Origin: a candidate division FCPU426 bacterium
Lineage (GTDB): Bacteria > Oederibacteriota > Muellerivitia > Muellerivitales > Muellerivitaceae
Assembly: GCA_963796105.1 (NCBI GenBank)
Contig: CAWCKJ010000004.1
Span: 1,024,001-1,088,000, forward strand
DNA: 64,000 nucleotides
Direction of reading: 5' to 3'
Translations under genes and position numbers: made by a program
Notes under the pieces: model-generated
Seen by the model: the letters and a program-made list of their open reading frames with translations, nothing else
The model's database searches: none
What the model was told of the DNA's origin: nothing
In this document: positions 20,260-29,584 of the stretch, piece by piece
How the letters are laid out: every line of letters starts with the position of its first letter
How positions within the stretch are numbered: the first letter of the stretch is position 1

Positions 20260-21041
20260 GACCAGAAATCATTTCTCAGTCGCGAAGACAATTCATGAAG
20301 TTTGTCCTGAAATTGACGTTTGTTTTCACTTATATCCAATCAGGGATATTCTTTTGGGCTCCCCGTAAAGCCCGCGGGGCCGCGACGCTTCCTGAAGGTT
20401 ACAAGCCTGAGGATCATAAATGGTGCATCTCAATCGACGTGGAGAAGTGTATCGGCTGCGGCCGATGCGTGGCAGCCTGCAAGGCCGAGAATAATGTTCC
20501 GGATGAACCCTGCTATTTCAGGACCTGGGTGGAGCGTTACGGAATCAGGGAAGGCAAAGAGCCTTACGTGGACTCGCCCAACGGGGGGAAGGACGGGTTT
20601 CCCCCGACCAGCGAGATTCAAGCCGGGGACAAGTCCTTTTTCGTCCCGAAATTATGCAACCACTGCGAGAACTCGCCTTGCTCCCAGGTTTGCCCAACGG
20701 GCGCGACCTTCGTGTCTCCCGACGGGGTGGTCCTGGTGGACCCAAATTACTGCATCGGTTGCCGGTTCTGCATCCAGGCCTGCCCTTATGGCTGCCGTTT
20801 CTTCAGCCCTGAAACCCAGACCGCAGAGAAATGCACCCTTTGCTATCACCGCATCACCCGTGGTTTATTGCCGGCTTGCGTGGAGATTTGCCCCACCGGC
20901 ACCAGAAAATTTGGCGATTTGAAAGACCCCAACAGCCCCATCCACGCTTTTCTGGTCGGGAACAAGGTTCAGGTATTGAAACCTCACTTGAGGACCCACC
21001 CCAAGGTTTACTATGTGGGCCTAGATTCGGCGGTGAAGTAA
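20256..21041 (+). CDS. NrfC/PsrB-type 4x[4Fe-4S] protein with Tat signal
   Basis: SRRQFMK; CIGCGRC, CNHCENSPC..VCP, CIGCRFC..ACP, CTLC..PAC..ICP. Confidence 0.93.
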   Translation: MRPEIISQSRRQFMKFVLKLTFVFTYIQSGIFFWAPRKARGAATLPEGYKPEDHKWCISIDVEKCIGCGRCVAACKAENNVPDEPCYFRTWVERYGIREGKEPYVDSPNGGKDGFPPTSEIQAGDKSFFVPKLCNHCENSPCSQVCPTGATFVSPDGVVLVDPNYCIGCRFCIQACPYGCRFFSPETQTAEKCTLCYHRITRGLLPACVEICPTGTRKFGDLKDPNSPIHAFLVGNKVQVLKPHLRTHPKVYYVGLDSAVK

Positions 21042-22243
21042 TGGATAACAATTCTGTTCAAGCTATCGCGGAAGCCCTTCGGCAGGTGAAAGGCTATATT
21101 TATCCCAACGAATTGGAATTGCAGTGGGGGTTCCTAATCGTGATCTATCCTTATGTAACAGGCTTGGTGGCCGGGGCTTTCATCCTGGCGTCCCTCGAGC
21201 GCGTATTCAACGTTCACGCGATCAAACCTATATACAGGATGTCGCTGCTGACCGCCCTTTCGTTTCTCATCGTCGCTCCCATGCCCCTCCTATTCCATTT
21301 GGGCCATCCGGAGAGGGCATTGGAAGTCGTCATCACCCCCCATTGGACTTCTCCCATGGCCATGTTCGGGTTTGTTTACGCCTGGTACCTGATGGTGGTT
21401 CTGTTGCTTGAGATTTGGTATGACTTCCGCGCCGACATTGTGCGCTTCTCCAAGACCAAGAGCGGATGGCTTGGGAAATTTTACGGACTGCTCACGCTCG
21501 GCGTGACGGATGTGTCGGAAAAATCCCTGGCGGTGGACGATAAGGCCGGCAGGATCATTACCATGATCGGCATTCCATCCGCGTTTTTACTTCACGGCTA
21601 TGTCGGGTTCATCTTCGGCTCCATCAAGGCCAACCCCTGGTGGGGAACGGTCGTGATGCCGATCATTTTCATATTCTCCGCGGTGGTCTCCGGCATCGCC
21701 TTGATGCTAGTGATTTACTTCGCGACCAGTTTGTTCCGGAAAGTGCCGATCCAGATGGCCTGCCTGGACGCTATGGGAAAATTCCTCTTTTACGCCTTGA
21801 TCTTGGATTTTTCGATGGAATCCCTTGACTGGTTTCACCGGCTTTATGAGGCGGAGGAATCCCTCGACATTCTGGTCCTGCTGGTTTCGGGAAAGCTTTT
21901 CCTTTCTCTCGTGATCGTTCAAATATTCATGGGCACGTTGGTTCCGCTCTTCGCCTTGGGAGCCACGCAGCTTTTCAAGATTCCAGAAAACGTCAGGAAG
22001 GTTCTGTCCGTCGGCTCCGCTCTGCTGGTGCTTCTGGGGGTGTTCGCAGTCCGCTGGAACGTGGTTATCGGGGGCCAGCTTTTTTCCAAGAGCTTGGCCG
22101 GATTCACCACCTTTAAGCCCGATTTCATCGGCCGGGAGGGATTGCTGGTAGGCTTGGCTCTCCTTGTTTTGCCTTTCCTGGTCCTTTGGGTGATTGTCCG
22201 GCTCCTGCCGCCCTGGCTTTCTTCCACCCAGAAACACACCTAA
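21041..22243 (+). CDS. NrfD/PsrC-type quinol-interacting membrane protein
   Basis: WG..IV.YPY..GL.AG, HLGHPER, SPM, RWNVVIGGQ; start overlaps the upstream stop (TAATG). Confidence 0.9.
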   Translation: MDNNSVQAIAEALRQVKGYIYPNELELQWGFLIVIYPYVTGLVAGAFILASLERVFNVHAIKPIYRMSLLTALSFLIVAPMPLLFHLGHPERALEVVITPHWTSPMAMFGFVYAWYLMVVLLLEIWYDFRADIVRFSKTKSGWLGKFYGLLTLGVTDVSEKSLAVDDKAGRIITMIGIPSAFLLHGYVGFIFGSIKANPWWGTVVMPIIFIFSAVVSGIALMLVIYFATSLFRKVPIQMACLDAMGKFLFYALILDFSMESLDWFHRLYEAEESLDILVLLVSGKLFLSLVIVQIFMGTLVPLFALGATQLFKIPENVRKVLSVGSALLVLLGVFAVRWNVVIGGQLFSKSLAGFTTFKPDFIGREGLLVGLALLVLPFLVLWVIVRLLPPWLSSTQKHT

Positions 22244-22547
22244 TCGGAATTTTAGAAAGCCTATAGAATTAAGTTTCTCATCGATGAAATACAAGCCGTG
22301 TTTTGCGGCTCAAACAATACCTGCCTGCGTTATTCGCGAAAGACTCCCTTATCCATTCCCAAAGAAGTAGATTCCAATCTTTTTAATAATATTCGAACTT
22401 ATAAGGTTAGGCCTAGGGTTCCTGGCGATGTCTTTCAGGAATCCGTCCCCAGTTCACAGACCTCAGCCGGTGGAAGGACTTACCGGAAAGCTATGGTTGG
22501 GAAATACCAGATGGAAAAGAATCGATTTGAATTGAACAGAAGGCAAT

Positions 22548-22576
22548 AAAAAAGCCGGGGAAAATTCCCCGGCTTT
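22548..22576 (-). terminator. Terminator of the cytochrome c gene
   Basis: AAAGCCGGGGAA/TTCCCCGGCTTT stem. Confidence 0.75.
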
Positions 22577-22619
22577 ACGTTCTATCGTTTTATCCAGCCG
22601 CGGTATCCGCGGCCCTTAT

Positions 22620-22985
22620 TTACTTTTCGGCTTTGAGACTCTTCACGTACTGCACCACTTGCTGGATCTGTTCAGGAGTCAGCTTGCCCTTGTACTTCGG
22701 CATCTTCTTCTTCCCGGCGCTGACTATTTTTCCCATATCCTCTGCTGACAAGGCCACCGCCGCGCCACTGGTCAAATCCAACGCCGCAGGAGTCGTCTTC
22801 AACATCTTCACCATCTTGGCCACGCCCTTCGCGTCCTTGCCGTGGCATTGAGCGCATTTGGACTCGAATAATTTCTGGCCCGCTTGGGAATTATCCCCCT
22901 CCGCCGTCACGAAGGTCACGGTGAAAAGAAATATGGAAATGAAAATCAAAACAAAACCAGCCTGCAAACTCAAAATCTTTTTCAT
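22620..22985 (-). CDS. Monoheme class I cytochrome c (paralog of 18976-19368)
   Basis: GGAGG RBS, signal peptide, CAQCH, MPKYKGKLT. Confidence 0.9.
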   Translation of the reverse strand: MKKILSLQAGFVLIFISIFLFTVTFVTAEGDNSQAGQKLFESKCAQCHGKDAKGVAKMVKMLKTTPAALDLTSGAAVALSAEDMGKIVSAGKKKMPKYKGKLTPEQIQQVVQYVKSLKAEK

Positions 22986-23703
22986 TACTTCCTCCCTTTT
23001 TACTTTCATCGGCGGTTTGAAAACCGCCGGACAGATTTTTCGTAGGCCTAGTCTGCTCTAGGAGGGACTCCCGCCTATATGATGCGTGTCATATAGGCGG
23101 GATTTGATTCATTCCAGGAGTAAAACAAGGAATTTATTTTTTTCGCGTACTAGTAACCGGCGGTAACTAGTTTCCGGTATTTTAACATTTGGCGGAAGCT
23201 GAAGGGATTCACGGGATATTCCGACTTGGTTTGGAAGATTTTTTTCCATGTAAACATGATGAGCAACTGACTCGCGCTCAAACCCTTCGGGATTTTGAGC
23301 TTGAACTTGGCAAGCAGTTCGTGGAACGTCCCTGAATTTAGAAAGACGGTTTGATCCATTCCGGGATGCATCGGGATGGATGAAGGAATATTTGTGAACT
23401 AGTTACCAGCAGTAACTCATTAATCGCTAGAACATGATTTATGTCATATAGAACGAAAAGTAGGCAAGAGTATCTTCCATTCAGTTGAGCGTGTTGTGCC
23501 ATGAGTTTTTTAAGAAATGATTGGCTTTACGTTATGCGGATGAATTTGATGTTTTTAGTTGCTCGACTGCCGATTCGAATTACCGTTGAATTAAAAAATG
23601 TACCGTGAGTCAATGATCAGAATTCATTTTTATAAAGACGCGTACGCGAGCAAAAAAGGTCGGGGAATCTGAGGGGCTTTAATTTTTTTTTGAGGAGCGG
23701 ACG

Positions 23704-24780
23704 ATGATAAAGCCAACGGTGATCCGGGGAATAGTGAAGGCGTTCACCGGATGTATTCTAGTTTTAGCTTATTGCGCCATGCATAGAGTCTGGGCTGATA
23801 ATTCAGATTCGTCCCCCCAGCCCAACACCACACCGGCGGTCGTGTCTGACGCGGCCACGCCGGTTCCCGCAAAGGAAAAAATTTCCAAAAAGAAAGCCAA
23901 GGTACAGGAAGAGGCGAAAGAAGAAGCGGCGTCCCAAACGGAAGACCGGGCCGTTCCCAAGTACGTTGGGACTGACACCTGCATCACCTGCCACCAGGAT
24001 AATGGAAACAGCTTCCTTCATTCCACCCATGGAAGGCTCATGGAGAGCCGAAAGGGAGTCACCTACGATAAAGCCTGCGAGACCTGTCACGGGCCCGGAA
24101 GCCTGCACGTGGAGTTCGCGGACAACACCACCGACGCCCGGTTTCAAACGATCAAGTTTCCTCCCAAGATGGACGCGCCCGAGGCGAACGCCATCTGCCT
24201 CACCTGTCACGTGGCCAAGACTCATTTCCACTGGAAGGGAAGCCCGCATGACATGCAGAACGTCACCTGCGTGTCCTGCCACATGGTTCACCAGGACGAG
24301 AAGAAGCCCAACAAGCACCTGCTGAAGGCGCCCAAGGTGATGGATGTTTGCTTCACCTGCCACATCGAGAAAAAAGCGCAGATCGCCCGGAACGGCCATA
24401 TGCCCCTCAACGAGGATGAGATGACTTGCACCTCCTGCCACGACGTGCATGGAACCTCAGGCGACAAGAACTTGCTGGGCGACTCGGTGAACGAAACTTG
24501 CTTCAAGTGCCACGCCGATAAGAGGGGTCCGTTCCTCTTCGAGCATCCCCCGGTTCAGGAGAGCTGTTTGAACTGCCACAATCCACACGGAAGCAACAAC
24601 GATCATATGCTGGTGGAGCGGCCGCCGTTCCTCTGCCAGCGCTGTCACATGAAACATGGCGTCTATGACGCGACCGCCTTGGCCAACAAGGATAGCCATT
24701 TCATAGGCCAAGCGTGCCTTAACTGTCATTCCAATATCCACGGCAGTAACTCCCCATCAGGCAGTAAATTTCAAAGATAA
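23704..24780 (+). CDS. Decaheme cytochrome c, MtrA/DmsE/MtoA/PioA family
   Basis: Exactly 10 CxxCH motifs; KRGPFLFEHPPV, C.NCHSNIHGSN.PSG. Confidence 0.95.
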   Translation: MIKPTVIRGIVKAFTGCILVLAYCAMHRVWADNSDSSPQPNTTPAVVSDAATPVPAKEKISKKKAKVQEEAKEEAASQTEDRAVPKYVGTDTCITCHQDNGNSFLHSTHGRLMESRKGVTYDKACETCHGPGSLHVEFADNTTDARFQTIKFPPKMDAPEANAICLTCHVAKTHFHWKGSPHDMQNVTCVSCHMVHQDEKKPNKHLLKAPKVMDVCFTCHIEKKAQIARNGHMPLNEDEMTCTSCHDVHGTSGDKNLLGDSVNETCFKCHADKRGPFLFEHPPVQESCLNCHNPHGSNNDHMLVERPPFLCQRCHMKHGVYDATALANKDSHFIGQACLNCHSNIHGSNSPSGSKFQR

Positions 24781-24804
24781 CGACCTAAACAAGGAGGAAG
24801 TGAC

Positions 24805-27021
24805 ATGACGAAGAAAATTAGGGTGAGAGAAATACTGATGGGATTGGCGGCGGCGCTTCTGGCCTCGACCGCTTTCGCAGATGAGGTCTGGACGGGAGAA
24901 CTTCTGCAGGGCTTCCAAGCCAATCTCCAGACCACTTCGCAGGCGAAATACCAGGAATATTTGTCCCGGCCTGACGGCGCGGTGATGAACGGAAATCTCG
25001 AGTATGACGGGAGCGAGGGAATCCTCGACCTGGGGTTGAGCGACATGGGAGGATTCAACCGGAAAGCCGACCTGGGTTTGGAATACGAGAAGAACTTGAC
25101 GATCGACGTCAATTTTGAGCAGTTCCAGCACTTATATTCCAACACCGCCAATACCATCTATTCCAATCCATCACCGGATCTTTACCTTCTGCCTGGTTCC
25201 CTGCAATTGGCCAACCAGGGACAGTCGAGCGCCTTGGTCTATCAAAACCTTTTGAACCAGGAAAATAATTACGCGAGACCCCTCACCGTGGGTTTACAGG
25301 ATTCCATCATGGGAGCGGAGGCGCGCTATCAGGTCAGTCCCGAGTTGGAATTACAGGTGGGAGGGAACCAGAAATGGCGCGACGGCAGCCGGCCACTCGG
25401 CTTGATCGGGTCCAGCACCGTCGAGCTTCCGGAACAGTTGAACCAAACCACCACGAACGGGGATGTGAAGGCTGAGTACGACGGGAAAAATTTCGCCATT
25501 CGGGCCGGCTATGAGCTCTCCTATTTCGACAACAGCCTGCCCAGCATGATTTGGTCCAACCCGACTATTTACCAGAGCATCCCCAACAATTCCAGCCTCA
25601 ATCAATACGCGCTGGATCCCAGCAACCAACTCCACCGTTTTAGTTTTTCCGCTGAGACCGACTGCCTGCCCGAGACGCGTATCGCGGCGGACGTGGCCTT
25701 GGGTTATGAGACCCAAAACCAAGCCTTCCTGCCCTATACCATCAATCCTTATGATACGGTTGGTACCGGTGGTCCCGCCGCCAATCTCGTTTCCAGCCTG
25801 CCTGCAACTTCCTTGAACGGCATGATCCAGACTTTCACCCAGAATTACGTGGTTACGTCGAGACCTTGGAGCAATTTCGTGATCACGGCGAGGTACAAAG
25901 ATTATCAATTGGCTGATATGAATCCCAATATTCTTTTTCCCGGCTATGTGAGCCACGATGGGAGCTGGGGTGCGGGAAATATCCTGAATGATAATTACAG
26001 CACTATCAATCAGAGCCTGGGCGGGAGCGCCAATTGGACTCTTCTGAGGGGCTTGTCAGTCAACGGCGGTTACTCCAGCAACTGGATGAATCTAACCGAC
26101 AGGGAAGTAACCGCGACCCATGAGGACGCCTGGAAATGGGGGCTGGACCTTAAACCCCTCCGGGGAGTTGACCTGAAAGGCGAATATACCTGGACCCAAA
26201 GGGTGGCCAGCCAAGACGGCTACATCTCGGACGATTATCTCCAAAACGTGGGTTCGCCCGCCGAGTACGGCGAGGCAGTCAATCCGGGGCTCCGCCGTTA
26301 CGATGTTGCGGACCGCCAGGTTCAAAACATAACGAGTAAAGCCACCTTGACGGTCCTCAAAAACGTCTGGTTCGCCTGCTCCTGGACCACCGGGTATGAG
26401 TATTTCAATCCTGGTTCCGAGAGTTTGAATGACGGCGTGACCGCCAATGAAAACCAACAGTACGGCCTCTTGAGCGACAACCATGATTTCCTGACCTTTA
26501 CCGCCCATTGGCAGCCCCTGGACGGCGTGGAATTGACAGGAACGGTGGACCAGCAGGTTTATAATTACGTGCAGGAGGGAACTACTGCCTCGGCTTCGGT
26601 ACAGGGTTATTTCTCGGACTGGGTTCTGAACCAGCAGGAGAGCACCACTTATTTGACTTTCGGCGGTGACTTCCAATTAAGTCCAAAAGTGCAGATGGAC
26701 GCGAATTGGACCCTGACCAATTCCCAGGGCATTTTCAACGTGGTGGAATGGAATTCCGCGACCCAAAACAACAATCTTCCGAACACCACGTATTGGATGG
26801 AAGACTATGTTTTTGGCATCACCTACCACATCAACGACACCTGGAGCTTAAGGGGATCCTATCTTGTTGAGATCTATAACGAAAATGACCCTCTAAACGA
26901 CGGGCTTAATAATGTTCAAATCAATCCCGCGACGGGAGGCTTAGACGCCTTGTTCTTGGGAGGTGCCAACGCCCCTTACACCGCCCAAATGATGACTGTC
27001 GCTTTGAACGCCAAGATATAA
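24805..27021 (+). CDS. MtrB/PioB-family outer-membrane porin
   Basis: Signal peptide, AKYQEY, ELPE, PSNQ.H, LRRYDVADR; directly follows the decaheme gene. Confidence 0.9.
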   Translation: MTKKIRVREILMGLAAALLASTAFADEVWTGELLQGFQANLQTTSQAKYQEYLSRPDGAVMNGNLEYDGSEGILDLGLSDMGGFNRKADLGLEYEKNLTIDVNFEQFQHLYSNTANTIYSNPSPDLYLLPGSLQLANQGQSSALVYQNLLNQENNYARPLTVGLQDSIMGAEARYQVSPELELQVGGNQKWRDGSRPLGLIGSSTVELPEQLNQTTTNGDVKAEYDGKNFAIRAGYELSYFDNSLPSMIWSNPTIYQSIPNNSSLNQYALDPSNQLHRFSFSAETDCLPETRIAADVALGYETQNQAFLPYTINPYDTVGTGGPAANLVSSLPATSLNGMIQTFTQNYVVTSRPWSNFVITARYKDYQLADMNPNILFPGYVSHDGSWGAGNILNDNYSTINQSLGGSANWTLLRGLSVNGGYSSNWMNLTDREVTATHEDAWKWGLDLKPLRGVDLKGEYTWTQRVASQDGYISDDYLQNVGSPAEYGEAVNPGLRRYDVADRQVQNITSKATLTVLKNVWFACSWTTGYEYFNPGSESLNDGVTANENQQYGLLSDNHDFLTFTAHWQPLDGVELTGTVDQQVYNYVQEGTTASASVQGYFSDWVLNQQESTTYLTFGGDFQLSPKVQMDANWTLTNSQGIFNVVEWNSATQNNNLPNTTYWMEDYVFGITYHINDTWSLRGSYLVEIYNENDPLNDGLNNVQINPATGGLDALFLGGANAPYTAQMMTVALNAKI

Positions 27022-27169
27022 CTCTTCCCGGGGTGATGGGCGGAGGGATGTTGAAAGAAAATGACGAGGGATAAAGCGAATTCAAAAAGCGGGCCGAGGT
27101 TAGCCGGTATCGACGGCTTGGAACACAAAAGAGAAGTGAGAAATTAAATCAAGTGATTGGGAGGGTTTC

Positions 27170-27892
27170 ATGAAATTTCAAAATGTAGTCTTGGCGGTTA
27201 CGTTGTTCGCGGCTCCGCTCTTGATCCTGCCGGCCTGTCAGAGCGTTAATAAAAGCCCGACGGCGGCCGCGGTTCAAATCCCCACTCCGACGCCATTGAC
27301 CCTGCCTTTGGCATGGAATTGGGATGTCGCTCCGACGCCCGGAGCCACGGGGGCCAATTACGACGCGGCGGCGACATGGTTCACCTCAGGGTTCAGTACG
27401 GGAGTCACCACAGCGCCATCCACGAAAGCGGCGGTCGCCGCCAAGGGCTACAGCGCCAGCGCATCCTGTTACGGCGGTCCCGTGGATTTTGTCAACGTCG
27501 GCCAGTACGGTTTGTATTCCTTTACCTTCCCCGGCGCGGTGAATTTGTCCAACGCCTCGACCTTGAGCATGGCCGTCTCTATCGCAAAGGCTATGGCGGG
27601 CACAGGCGGTTCTTCCTTCATTCAATTGAACCTCATGAGCGGGAACAACAGCCTGCAATCCAAGGTGATTCCCAACCCCACCCCGGGGGCCTGGGTCACT
27701 TATGGTATGCCCATTTCCAGCTACGCGCCGAATAATCTCGCGAGTGTCCAGCAGATCAGCCTCCAGTTCGGGGATGGTCCGGTTTCCGGCACAGGGCCGG
27801 TCACCCAGCCGACCCCCGCTAGCACACCCGTAACCCTTAACGCTTTTCCGATTACGACCAAGATCTACATCGACGCGGTTACCATCCAATAA
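27170..27892 (+). CDS. Heme-free lipoprotein with a CBM-like beta-sandwich domain
   Basis: Lipobox LPAC, PT-rich linker, C-terminal KIYIDAV; no CxxCH. Confidence 0.65.
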   Translation: MKFQNVVLAVTLFAAPLLILPACQSVNKSPTAAAVQIPTPTPLTLPLAWNWDVAPTPGATGANYDAAATWFTSGFSTGVTTAPSTKAAVAAKGYSASASCYGGPVDFVNVGQYGLYSFTFPGAVNLSNASTLSMAVSIAKAMAGTGGSSFIQLNLMSGNNSLQSKVIPNPTPGAWVTYGMPISSYAPNNLASVQQISLQFGDGPVSGTGPVTQPTPASTPVTLNAFPITTKIYIDAVTIQ

Positions 27893-27905
27893 CTTAAGCG
27901 GGTTT

Positions 27906-27942
27906 AAAAGGCTCTTCCTTTCAGGGGGGAAGAGCCTTTTTT
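27906..27942. terminator. Terminator ending the mtrAB-lipoprotein unit
   Basis: AAAAGGCTCTTCC/GGAAGAGCCTTTT stem plus T run. Confidence 0.85.
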
Positions 27943-28064
27943 ATTTTCAGGCATGATGATCTTAGGGAAATGGCTAGGGTGGGAGCTTCGTCAGGAAGGG
28001 ACATCCATCCGGCCCGCATGGGACAGGCACATAGCCGCCAAGTTCCACGGGCCCCGAATAAATC

Positions 28065-29468
28065 TTAAGCTTGGGAAACATCCCTCAATATGGGTTTCTT
28101 GAACCAGAACATAAAGGCAATTCCCGCCACAAGGATCACCGAACCCAAGTACTTCAGCCAAACCCCCGGGTCTCGGGCCACGGATAAAACGGAAAGGTAG
28201 CCCCCGTTCTCCATGGCCTGGTAACTGGCCTGGTAGAAAACATAGCCCCCGTAATCCAGGGGATGGTTCATCTGAATCGTGACGGATTCCCCGGCCCCCC
28301 CATTTTCCGGCTCCACGCGGACCTGACTTTCAAATGAGGCGGGCTGGGTGGTTCCAGGATTCATCCCGATGTGAAATTTCTCCAGTTTCAACGCGAAGGG
28401 AAGCTTCAGCTCTTTTTCCCCATAGGCCAATGAATAGAAATGCCCTCCCAAGTGGATGGTGGAGCTTCCGTCGTACCCCAGCCAGCCTTCCTTCAATCCC
28501 GCCGAGGAACCTAAGCGGTAATGGAGCGCCGGTTGGGGCGTTCCCTGGCGCGCGAGGGGCGCTGGTTCATAAACGGTTTCCGGCAGGGCTTGGGGGAAAA
28601 AGTCCAGCAGGCTGAAGGTCATGTTCGCCCAGCCTGTGTCCTGCTTTTGACCGGGGTTCAGGCCTTTGACCTCCCCCCAATCGCCCTTGTGGCGGATTCG
28701 GAAGGAGAGTTTTCCGGCGTCATCCAAAAGCAGGGCCAGGATATTCGGGCCCAGCCCCTCCAGATTGGCGGGGTTCCAATGGGAAGCCCTTTGCAGGACC
28801 ACCGCCGCCGGCCCCAGAAGGAGCCGGTCCATTTCCGGGTGCCCCAGGAACAGCCAGAAATCCTGGGTTCCCATGGAGCCTTCCAGTTTTAAATGCAGGG
28901 CCGGCAAACCGGCTCCTTCCCCCGTCCCGACGGGTATTCCCCTCATGACGCGGCCGGCATTGGGGTAAAAGCGGTCCAGGGCCACGGTGACCCCTTCCTG
29001 GGGGGAGAAAACATAGGGATGATCCGGCGAGGGTTTGAGCCAGGGAAACGACAAGGGTTTCGCCTGGTAGGACGCTTCCCCCTCCTGGAAATAGAATGTC
29101 GGATGGTTTTCAAGGATTTCGGAGCTTGGCACCCCCTCGGCGAGGGAAATCCTGGCGTCCACCCCGAAGGATCGGGTCGCCCAGGCGCCAGCCAGGATGG
29201 ACAAAATACCAAGGTGCGCCAGAACAAAACCAGTCTGGTGTTTTTTCCAGGGAAAGCGGACAAAGGCCGAGGCCAGGACATTGAGGGCCAGGAAAACAAA
29301 CAATAGGCTGAACCAAGGGGAATTGTAAATCAGGGAGCGGGCGGTCTCGGTGGAGTAGACCGATTCCATGGTGGTGGCCACGATCAAGGCCGCGATCAGC
29401 ACGACGATGAGGATCACGGCCAGCTTGAGGGAGGCCAAAAACTTGATCAACCCGTTGCTTGCCCTCAT
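28065..29468 (-). CDS. ResB/CcsB-like cytochrome c biogenesis protein (copy 2)
   Basis: LASLKLA, GF.LAHLG, MNHPL.YGGY.FYQASY, DPG..LKYLG. Confidence 0.85.
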   Translation of the reverse strand: MRASNGLIKFLASLKLAVILIVVLIAALIVATTMESVYSTETARSLIYNSPWFSLLFVFLALNVLASAFVRFPWKKHQTGFVLAHLGILSILAGAWATRSFGVDARISLAEGVPSSEILENHPTFYFQEGEASYQAKPLSFPWLKPSPDHPYVFSPQEGVTVALDRFYPNAGRVMRGIPVGTGEGAGLPALHLKLEGSMGTQDFWLFLGHPEMDRLLLGPAAVVLQRASHWNPANLEGLGPNILALLLDDAGKLSFRIRHKGDWGEVKGLNPGQKQDTGWANMTFSLLDFFPQALPETVYEPAPLARQGTPQPALHYRLGSSAGLKEGWLGYDGSSTIHLGGHFYSLAYGEKELKLPFALKLEKFHIGMNPGTTQPASFESQVRVEPENGGAGESVTIQMNHPLDYGGYVFYQASYQAMENGGYLSVLSVARDPGVWLKYLGSVILVAGIAFMFWFKKPILRDVSQA

Positions 29469-29584
29469 TTGAAAAACCCCCGTGAATTTTACCAATGATC
29501 CGAAGCCCTGCCCCGCATTTCGGACTGACATCCCATGACGACGGGATGACTAAAAGACCTGCCTGGTTGGAAGCTTTATGGAGT

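Noticed and set aside
23392..23409. Rex operator (TTGTGAA half-site)
   Set aside because: The right half matches poorly and overlaps the better GTTAC-N5-GTAAC palindrome
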